From the IMG/VR virus record IMGVR_UViG_3300031251_000001, positions 150,230 through 214,229 of that record: a stretch of DNA of 64,000 nt; one strand, written 5' to 3'. The position numbers and the translations under genes were made by a program. Positions within the stretch are counted from its first letter, which is position 1; the number at the start of each line of letters is the position of its first letter. Below are positions 54,345-62,233 of this stretch, piece by piece. The notes beneath the pieces are model-generated. The model did not search any database and was not told where the DNA came from. It saw only the letters and a program-made list of their open reading frames with translations.

Positions 54345-57161
54345 CTAGCGGACGGGTGCTGTCGGCTGCTGACCGGTCAGGGCCTGGTTGATCTTGGCCG
54401 GAGCTTGAGCAGCACCAGCGTTCCCGAGGAAGTTGCGGGCAGCGGTCAGGAGCCCCATGCCTGCCATGCCGGCGATGCCACCGACCATCCCGCGACCCAG
54501 GCCACGCCCGAACGAGAAGTTGGGAGCTGCGGGCCGAGTCATCGACATGTTGGTGTTGAGGTAGGAGCGGGGCCGGGGAGCGGTGGGTTGACCATCCATG
54601 AGGCCGGCACGCTTGGGGACGCCTGCAGCAGGAGCAGCAGCCTGTTGATCAGATCCACCCAGGTACGACTTCATGGCCATGCCGCCACCCAGGAGACCAG
54701 CACTGGCAGTGCCGAGGCCTGCGACATTATCCCCCACAGTCGGAGCAGTGGGCGTGGGCTGGGAACCGAAGGCACGCTGAGCCGGAGCGGGAGCACGTGG
54801 GGCACTGGGCACCGAAGCACCGACCGGCACGTGTGACATGGAGGTGGGTAGTGCCTGGGCCATCGGTGCTGCGGGTCGAGGCACGATGGTCTGCTTGCTC
54901 ATGTTCTTCATGCCACGCATCATCTGCCCTGGGGCTTTGAGGATGCCACTGAGGATGCCAGCGTGTTTGGTGACGGGCTTATCGTCTTCCTCTTCCTTCT
55001 CGTGCTTGGGCTTGCTGCTGTCGGTCAGGCGATGCAGGCCGTAACCAGCCAAACCGCCAACCAGGCCACCACCGAGCATACCTAAGCCACGGTGGTCAGA
55101 CGGCGAGGCCATCAGGCCACCCATTTCACCCAAGGTACCACCAATGCCAGTAAAGATAGCTCCGCGTGAGCCACTGTTGACCTGGCGTGAATGTTCTTTC
55201 TTGTCGCCACCTGAGTCGGTAGCACCGACCACGCCTGGATTGATGACGCCAGCTGGCCCCATCATCAAGCGACGGATGATACGTGAGCTCTTGTCTCCCT
55301 GATCAACTTCCTTCTTGTTTCGCTGCCACGAGGGCTTACCACCGACCATGTACTGGCCGAACTTGTCGCCACCACGCATACCCAGTAGCCCACCAGTGAT
55401 ACCACCGACCGAAGCACCAATGCCGGCACCGGCTTCCTCGTGACCCAGTGCACGACCAATACCAGCGCCAGTTGCAGCTCCCAACCCGAGTCCGGTGGCA
55501 CCGCCCAAGCCGGCACCGAGGAGACCGTATCCAGTACGCTGCGTACCACGCACGGCGCCTTCGTAACGGTGACCCTTGGGTGAAGTGGCAGCACCAATGA
55601 TCGCAGGTAGACTAGCGAGGCTTAACCCACCCACCCCACCAGCGATACCGCCCGCTATGGCGGGATCGATAGCCCGCTTACTCCAGCGCACCTGTCCATC
55701 CACGGCCCCCTTCTTGCCTACAGGCGGTGCGGATTCCCACGGTGCCGGCGCAATGTTAGGCTTGGGCTGAACAGGAGCAATAGGGTAGTCAGCGCCACCG
55801 CCAACCCCAGAGGGTGGCGCGAATTGCATGAGATCATTAGGGTCTTTCGGCTTGCTGAACTGTCTCTGCAGGAAGTCACCCACAGACTTCTTGGGCTGGT
55901 CCCGCACAGTGTCCTTCAGTGATTTGAAGCCACTGGGTTGTGCGGCATAGTTACCCTTGATGGTTTCAGCCGCATGATGCACACCCTCATTCACCTCAGC
56001 GTCGTTCTGTTGTTGCTTACTCGTCAAATACCTGTGCAGCAAGTAGGTAGAACCAATACCAGCAACAGCACTAAGCACAGGGAGTGAACGACGAAGCAGA
56101 CCCGGCTTCTTGGGTTGTACGTCGACGGCCAACTTGCTCCAACGCACCTGTCCATCCACGGCTACTTTGTGTGTCAACGGATTACTCCCAATGGACGAGT
56201 CGTCAGCTTCGACTTCCTCGTGGTCTTCTGGATCAGTCTTGTCTTCACTCTGATTGGCGTCATCCAGCAGCTTGTTGAGTGGATGCGTCTTGGTGTCGGG
56301 CGTCATGGTATCGAGATGTTCACCGTGCCGCAGAGGCGAAGGCGGCGGTGGTGGAGGAGGCGGCACAGGTGGTGAACCAGGAGGCGGCGGATTGCCGTCA
56401 CCAGCGAAAGGCTGAGGAGGAGGCGGGCCGGCGGGTGCTCCACCCTGCTGCGAAGGATCGGTCTGTTGCCCAGGAGGGGGCGGTTGTCCACCGGGTGCGT
56501 TCGGTGCTCCTGGGGGGCCGGCGGGGGCACCGGGGGATGGAGGAGCACCGAACGCAGGTCCAGTGGGAAGTCCAGCTGCAGCGGCCTGCTGTCCTGGGGG
56601 CAGGTCACCTGACTGCGGTGGCTGCTGAATGGGGCCGGTCGGTGAGGCAGGTTGAGCTCCGACGTCACCAGCCGGCAGCGCTGCCCTCTTGCGTCGCGAG
56701 CGTGCTTGATGTGCCTCCACCCCGATCCGCGTGATGGGAATGCCGTTCAACTGGATCGGCGTGTACCGTAAGTCTCGGGCCGTGACAACCTTTTGCACCA
56801 AGTCGGCAGCACTGTGCACCGCCTCCTGGGACGAGGCGTCAACGTCTCCTATGGAGATGGCTTGTCCCGGCTGCTCCCCGGATGTCGTGCTGTCAGGGTC
56901 AGACCCGAGCAACAGGTTGCTGGTAACCCCCGCTCGCTTGTCCCGTCTGTGGGACCAAGTCGTGCGCAGAGTGTCAATGGCTCCCGTGAGCTCGGGAGTT
57001 AACCGTGGATTAGCCATAAATGATGCTGCCTTGCTCTGGGACCGTGCGAAGCGGTTCAGCTGTTCCTTCGTGGTACGAGCGGGTTTCGCAATGGACGACA
57101 ACTGTTTGTCGGCCTCAGAGCGTACCAGGTTTGGTGCGATTTGAGCGTCTGTGGATTGCAT
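54345..57161 (-). CDS. 938-aa low-complexity Pro/Gly-rich protein with glycine-zipper segments
   Basis: Poly-Pro tract, GxxxG helices, internal repeat AVDGQVRWSK x2. Confidence 0.75.
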   Translation of the reverse strand: MQSTDAQIAPNLVRSEADKQLSSIAKPARTTKEQLNRFARSQSKAASFMANPRLTPELTGAIDTLRTTWSHRRDKRAGVTSNLLLGSDPDSTTSGEQPGQAISIGDVDASSQEAVHSAADLVQKVVTARDLRYTPIQLNGIPITRIGVEAHQARSRRKRAALPAGDVGAQPASPTGPIQQPPQSGDLPPGQQAAAAGLPTGPAFGAPPSPGAPAGPPGAPNAPGGQPPPPGQQTDPSQQGGAPAGPPPPQPFAGDGNPPPPGSPPVPPPPPPPPSPLRHGEHLDTMTPDTKTHPLNKLLDDANQSEDKTDPEDHEEVEADDSSIGSNPLTHKVAVDGQVRWSKLAVDVQPKKPGLLRRSLPVLSAVAGIGSTYLLHRYLTSKQQQNDAEVNEGVHHAAETIKGNYAAQPSGFKSLKDTVRDQPKKSVGDFLQRQFSKPKDPNDLMQFAPPSGVGGGADYPIAPVQPKPNIAPAPWESAPPVGKKGAVDGQVRWSKRAIDPAIAGGIAGGVGGLSLASLPAIIGAATSPKGHRYEGAVRGTQRTGYGLLGAGLGGATGLGLGAATGAGIGRALGHEEAGAGIGASVGGITGGLLGMRGGDKFGQYMVGGKPSWQRNKKEVDQGDKSSRIIRRLMMGPAGVINPGVVGATDSGGDKKEHSRQVNSGSRGAIFTGIGGTLGEMGGLMASPSDHRGLGMLGGGLVGGLAGYGLHRLTDSSKPKHEKEEEDDKPVTKHAGILSGILKAPGQMMRGMKNMSKQTIVPRPAAPMAQALPTSMSHVPVGASVPSAPRAPAPAQRAFGSQPTPTAPTVGDNVAGLGTASAGLLGGGMAMKSYLGGSDQQAAAPAAGVPKRAGLMDGQPTAPRPRSYLNTNMSMTRPAAPNFSFGRGLGRGMVGGIAGMAGMGLLTAARNFLGNAGAAQAPAKINQALTGQQPTAPVR

Positions 57162-57167
57162 AGTGGT

Positions 57168-57176
57168 AATGTACCA
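57168..57176 (-). promoter_or_regulatory. extended -10 TGGTACATT, 6 nt before ATG (possibly leaderless)
   Basis: No SD sequence; spacing to ATG at 57161. Confidence 0.5.
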
Positions 57177-57200
57177 CAGACGCTGGGGTTGGTGGTGGGA

Positions 57201-57512
57201 TCAAAGCGAAGGCAGGCAAGCGTGGGCGACGTCGGAGGTGAAGAGCTCTCCTGGGCCGTTGCCTTCGGTGTCACGAGAAGCGTAGAGATGGACGTCGTTG
57301 TCGAGGATGATGACCAGAGGACGATTATCCCAGCGCATGTCGGTTGCCTCCTTCTTGGTCATGTACCTGACGTGCTTGATGGTGCGATCACGCAGGAGAT
57401 CAGTAGCAACAGCGGTCCAGTAGGTTTCACGCTGCTTAGCGTTGGAGAGGTCGTATTGCTTTCTGTGGTGAGTAACGATGGATGGCATGAGGTTGTTCCT
57501 GAGAGTTGACAT
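57201..57512 (-). CDS. hypothetical protein
   Basis: ASRDTEGNGPGELF motif; follows array E. Confidence 0.6.
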   Translation of the reverse strand: MSTLRNNLMPSIVTHHRKQYDLSNAKQRETYWTAVATDLLRDRTIKHVRYMTKKEATDMRWDNRPLVIILDNDVHLYASRDTEGNGPGELFTSDVAHACLPSL

Positions 57513-57642
57513 ACTGGTATTGCGTGCCCGTCACGACAGATCTGGCAAGGTGCCCGTCCGGAGGACGATACGGTACATGCCCGCCCTTGAAAGGTCGGGG
57601 CATGGACCCGTCCTCGGAGTGACGGCCAATACCGTCCCTGTT
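57513..57642 (-). CRISPR. putative minimal-repeat array E (GRCGGGCA, 26-27-nt period)
   Basis: Plus-strand cccg at 57527, 57553, 57580, 57607 and cctg at 57637. Confidence 0.6.
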
Positions 57643-57708
57643 CGTTGTGCCGACGCGTGCCCACCAGGAGCACGCTAATCAGCTGTAGGCCTGACGGAGG
57701 CCCCGTGT
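57643..57708 (-). ncRNA. 66-nt scaffold element, copy E
   Basis: ACACGGGGCCTCCGTCAGGCCTACAGCTGATTAGCGTGCTCCTGGTGGGCACGCGTCGGCACAACG. Confidence 0.8.
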
Positions 57709-58529
57709 GCTTGATTGTTAGAACCTTGGTCTAGGCAGTTCCTTTGATTCTTCCACAGTCGGCTCAGGTGTGGGTTGGTGCCGGGCCTCCAGGGCGGAAA
57801 TGCGACTTGATAGCGACTCATTCACGATCGCTTGCTCGGAGATCTTGTTCTCGATGCGGATGTGTTGAATGGTGTGAATGACCAGGTAACCCATGGCGAA
57901 CCAGAAGATGAAATCAAACATGTGTTCCTTAGTTGATACTGGGTTTACCTGCCACACGGCGTAACACCGTGGTCAGGGCCTCATTGGTGATGTCGGCTCG
58001 GTCGGGGTCAGTCACCTCGCGGCAACCATCCTCGACGATAACGATGTCATGCTCGCAATGGTCAGCGAGGAAGCGAAAGATCGGGGCAGTCTCGCCGCCA
58101 TCGCCCATGACCGAGAACTCGGCCCCGCTGATGTGCAGCAAGTAGGCCAGAGAATCCGACTCAGCCAGTACCCGACGCAGGAACTCTTCGCTCACGCGAC
58201 TGGACTGGGGCGAGTCGAGATTGCAGGTCTTGCAGCGGTAACTCATGTCGACAGACATAGTGACTCCTCACAGTTCGCCACGTGATTGCAACAGTTTGAT
58301 CATGGCGGGATGAATCCAGAACACCTTGTTGCATTGGCAGGTGATGGCGATCCGTGTACCTACGGGCAAATGGGCCAACTCGTCGTTGCCGCCACGATCA
58401 GTCTCCGCCTTGTCGATGGTAGTCATGCGGTGATCTGCCGTGCTGAGCGTACGACATAGGGAGTGCCACTGACTGCGGACATAGCCCATGAACTTGGTGT
58501 TCGATAGTGTTTCTTTCATCGAGTCTCCT

Positions 58530-58612
58530 TAATTAGCCTGTTCGCCATTTCCCATCCAGCAATCCGGTCAACTGGTCCCATCCGGATTCAGGTTATGCCA
58601 CTCCCACCCGAT
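58530..58612 (-). CRISPR. putative minimal-repeat array G (GGRTGGGA, 26-nt period)
   Basis: Plus-strand ccca at 58551, 58577, 58603; 18-nt spacers. Confidence 0.65.
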
Positions 58613-58678
58613 CGTTGTGTCAACGCCAATCCACCAGGGATGAGCTCATTGACGGTAGGCGTGATGGACGCCCCGTAG
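58613..58678 (-). ncRNA. 66-nt scaffold element, copy G
   Basis: CTACGGGGCGTCCATCACGCCTACCGTCAATGAGCTCATCCCTGGTGGATTGGCGTTGACACAACG. Confidence 0.8.
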
Positions 58679-58738
58679 CCGTGAGGCCTCATGCGGTGTA
58701 AGCTGATCGCAGGCAATAATGCCACCAGAGGACCTCGC

Positions 58739-60325
58739 ATGCTAGATCAGAAACGAGTTGTGCTACCAGGTAGCGACCGCAAACCCTTAGAGGGTGCCAC
58801 GGTTGCAGCCGGCCACCGTCATAGTGAAAGGTTTGAGGTCACCGTGCGTCTGCGACGCAAGGCACCAATCAAACCCGAAGGAGCCCAACACGAGGATGTC
58901 CTTCCCGCTGATCGCAAGTATATGACCTGTGATCAGTATCTTGCACAGCATGGTGCCAAGCAGGAAGATGTTGATTTGGTGACAGCGTTTGCCAAGTTGT
59001 ACGGTCTGACGGTAGTCGATGTCAGCCTGGCACGCCGTAGTGTGTTCTTGTCGGGTTGTACCGAGCAGTTTGAGAAGGCCTTCAGTACCACGATCGCTGA
59101 CATGGAGCACCCTGGTGGCGGTTATCGCGGCCGAACTGGTCCACTCACAATCCCCGAGAGCCTGTCAGGCATCGTGGAAGCTGTGTTGGGCATCGACAAC
59201 CGCAAGATCGCCAAGCCCCACTTCCAGATGGCTAAGAGGCTGCAGGGTGCGACACCACACGCCAGCCACTCTTCCTACAATCCCAACGATGTCGCCAAGG
59301 CGTACAACTTCCCCACCGGGGTAGATGGTACGGGACAGTGCATTGCCTTGATCGAGCTCGGTGGCGGTTATCGTCTGCCTGACATCACCGCCTACTTCAC
59401 CAAGCTGGGACTGAAGGTGCCCACCGTGAAGACCGTGCGCGTTGATGGCGGCACCAACTCACCGACCACCGCCGATGGCGCTGACGGTGAAGTGATGCTG
59501 GATATCGAAGTAGCGGCAGCAGTGGCACCAGGTGCCACCATTGTCGTCTACTTTGCTCCCAACACCGATAAGGGCTTCCTTGACGCGATCACCATGGCCG
59601 CTCACGACACGGTCAACAAGCCTTCGGTCATCTCCATCAGCTGGGGTGGACCGGAAGCACAGTGGACCGTGCAGGCTCGCGTCGCCATGGATCAGGCGTT
59701 CATCTCAGCCTCCGTGCTGGGTCTGACCATCTGTGTGGCTGGCGGCGACAATGGTTCGACCGATGGCATGACTGACGGCAAGAACCACGTGGACTTCCCC
59801 GGCTCGAGCCCACACGCTCTTTGCTGCGGCGGAACACGACTGGGAATCGGCAGCTCCGGGCAAATCAGCTCGGAATCTGTGTGGAACGATAATCCCACAC
59901 AGAGCGCCACCGGTGGCGGTATCAGTGATGCCTTCAACGTGCCGGTCTATCAGAAGTCCGCTAACATCCCTCCCTCGGCTAATCCCAACAAGAAGTCGGG
60001 ACGCGGATGTCCGGATGTGGCCGGCAATGCTGATCCTTCCTCGGGTTACAACGTCCGCGTGGACGGTGGAAACTATGTGATTGGCGGCACCAGTGCGGTT
60101 GCTCCGCTCTATGCCGGACTGGTAGCACTCTTAAACCAGAAGCTGGGACACCGTTGCGGCTACCTCCACCCGCTGCTGTATGGCAGCGTGCAGGGCAAGG
60201 GAGCCTTCAACGACATCACGTCTGGTAACAACGGTGCTTACCACGCCCAAAAGGGCTGGGATTGCTGCACAGGGCTGGGCACACCCAACGGGCAGGCCCT
60301 CTATATTGCCCTGGGCGGCAAATAG
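58739..60325 (+). CDS. S53 family peptidase (kumamolisin/sedolisin-like) with propeptide
   Basis: Triad motifs GEVMLDIE (ExxxD) and GGTSAVAP, oxyanion GDNG, SISWG, C-terminal GWDCCTGLGTP. Confidence 0.95.
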   Translation: MLDQKRVVLPGSDRKPLEGATVAAGHRHSERFEVTVRLRRKAPIKPEGAQHEDVLPADRKYMTCDQYLAQHGAKQEDVDLVTAFAKLYGLTVVDVSLARRSVFLSGCTEQFEKAFSTTIADMEHPGGGYRGRTGPLTIPESLSGIVEAVLGIDNRKIAKPHFQMAKRLQGATPHASHSSYNPNDVAKAYNFPTGVDGTGQCIALIELGGGYRLPDITAYFTKLGLKVPTVKTVRVDGGTNSPTTADGADGEVMLDIEVAAAVAPGATIVVYFAPNTDKGFLDAITMAAHDTVNKPSVISISWGGPEAQWTVQARVAMDQAFISASVLGLTICVAGGDNGSTDGMTDGKNHVDFPGSSPHALCCGGTRLGIGSSGQISSESVWNDNPTQSATGGGISDAFNVPVYQKSANIPPSANPNKKSGRGCPDVAGNADPSSGYNVRVDGGNYVIGGTSAVAPLYAGLVALLNQKLGHRCGYLHPLLYGSVQGKGAFNDITSGNNGAYHAQKGWDCCTGLGTPNGQALYIALGGK

Positions 60326-60327
60326 TC

Positions 60328-60343
60328 CAAAATACGTATTTTG
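60328..60343. promoter_or_regulatory. 16-bp palindrome, copy 7 (20 bp perfect here)
   Basis: TCCAAAATACGTATTTTGGA between convergent stop codons. Confidence 0.85.
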
Positions 60344-60349
60344 GATGGA

Positions 60350-62200
60350 TTAACTGGAAGCCAAGGCCTTCTCGGGGGCCTTGGCTTTCTTGATGCCTAA
60401 CAGCTTATCTTCCTGATCCTGTAGCTTGGCAAGCTGCTCATTACTTATCTTGAGCAGATTCCTCATCTGTTGATGGATGAGAGTGAAATGACGAGCACCA
60501 CCCGCGACAGGGCAGTCGATGTAGACGTCCTTACCCTTCTTGCCGTCGTAGCGTCTGAGCTTCTCGTGGGCGGCGTGCAGCTTCTTATTGAACTTCTGTG
60601 CCTTAACGACCAAGTTGCGGATCTTGATCACGTTATGCAGATCGTAGAGGGTGGCTGTCTCTTCGCTCAGATCGGTGTAGGCCTTGCCAGTTAAAACACA
60701 GTCATCCTCAAACCAAGAATGCCTGTCGCCTTGATCGATGAGATCGTACCAGATCAGGTAGTGGAAGACCGGGCCTTCCTCTTTGAGGTGGACGATCAGA
60801 TCCATGGGCGTGCCGTTGATGAAAGCAGCCGAATCAGGTTCCTCCTCCCTGGCCCCCAGGTAGAACGGCAAGCGATGCCCATTCCATGTGATGCTGGAAG
60901 CAGCGAGCAGGTAGACGCTGTTACCTGGTGCTGGTTTCCCTGACGGTTCGGTCACTTGGATATCCACCAGCTCTTGAGCCTTCTTGGTGTCAAGAAAGTT
61001 TCTCATGATGGGGTGCTGCGGGCCGGCGTAGAACTCCTCGGTGGTGTCAAGGAACTCCTCCCAGTTAAGCAGCGTGTTGATGAGACCATCATCTACCACT
61101 GACTGGCCACCCTGAACGTAGAGATCCATCTCCTCTTCCCTGGATTTGATACCCTCGTCCTGGACATAGTCAAAGCTGCAGTTCTCGTAGTCCTGGGAAC
61201 TGTAATGCCTCCAACCCAGGCTGCGTACCAGGGCCACGCGATGACGATTGAGCCACTGATCCAACTCCGTCATATCTTTACGTTCGTTATGAGTGAACAG
61301 CTCCGGTAGTGTCGTCATCACGGGTCGCAACCTGGCCACGTAAGCAGACCATCGCGACTTGAAGTAGTGCAATACGTAGTCACGCAGCGCTGTGAGGATC
61401 TGCTGCATGGCTGATTTGAGTTGGGGTGAGTCGATGAGGATGGAACGATCGGGGAGCTTGGGCCGGACACCCGATTCGGGATCGACAAACCAGATGAAGT
61501 TTTTCAGTTCCTCATCGATGGGCAGAGTTTTTGCCTCTTTAAGGTACTCATCTGCCTTACCGCTGCGAAGGTAACGATAGTCCCATACCGGCTCTGGATG
61601 GTTAATGAAGTAAGGACTTGACCTTAAACCCAGCAGCACACGCCCCACCGGCGTCATGAGATCTACCAGGAGATCACCATCCATGCGTTGTGTGATCAGG
61701 TTGCCGTTAAGGGTGAGGGTGAAAGGGTACAGGGCGCGAGCAGTGCTGATGGCGTGGTCCAGCTCCTTCTTCTTGCTGGTGGACAGTATCAGCTTGAGGT
61801 AGAAACCAGGAACGCCTTCTTCCTCAATAGGTTGAATGTCTTTGTCGATCCAGTTCTTGGTGTCAAACTTGACCTTCCAGTTCTTGGAGCGGACAGTCAC
61901 CTCGGTGAACAGATCAGGGTTGAGGAGGCTGAAGAAGCCCATGCCGGCAGGAGAGGTGACCTTGGTGCGATCCCAGCCGGTCTCACCGCCCTCCACGAGT
62001 AGCTGAGGATCTTCACAGCCACGACCGTCGTCCAGGATGGTCAAGACGGTACATTCGGGATCGGTGATGACCGTGACGTTCTTGGCGCCGGCACGGTAGC
62101 AGTTCTGCAGGATCTCAGCCAGGGTGGCATCGAAGCCACCAAAGAAACGAGTCAGCTCAGGCAGGATCGCCTGGCTGACGTGAGCACGAATCGTCTTCAT
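60350..62200 (-). CDS. GHKL (HATPase_c) ATPase protein
   Basis: EILQNCYRAGA, ILDDGRG, AGMGFFSL, GFYLKL. Confidence 0.85.
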   Translation of the reverse strand: MKTIRAHVSQAILPELTRFFGGFDATLAEILQNCYRAGAKNVTVITDPECTVLTILDDGRGCEDPQLLVEGGETGWDRTKVTSPAGMGFFSLLNPDLFTEVTVRSKNWKVKFDTKNWIDKDIQPIEEEGVPGFYLKLILSTSKKKELDHAISTARALYPFTLTLNGNLITQRMDGDLLVDLMTPVGRVLLGLRSSPYFINHPEPVWDYRYLRSGKADEYLKEAKTLPIDEELKNFIWFVDPESGVRPKLPDRSILIDSPQLKSAMQQILTALRDYVLHYFKSRWSAYVARLRPVMTTLPELFTHNERKDMTELDQWLNRHRVALVRSLGWRHYSSQDYENCSFDYVQDEGIKSREEEMDLYVQGGQSVVDDGLINTLLNWEEFLDTTEEFYAGPQHPIMRNFLDTKKAQELVDIQVTEPSGKPAPGNSVYLLAASSITWNGHRLPFYLGAREEEPDSAAFINGTPMDLIVHLKEEGPVFHYLIWYDLIDQGDRHSWFEDDCVLTGKAYTDLSEETATLYDLHNVIKIRNLVVKAQKFNKKLHAAHEKLRRYDGKKGKDVYIDCPVAGGARHFTLIHQQMRNLLKISNEQLAKLQDQEDKLLGIKKAKAPEKALASS

Positions 62201-62233
62201 TCAGTTACTCCCTAGTTCGGTGTACAAGTAGTG

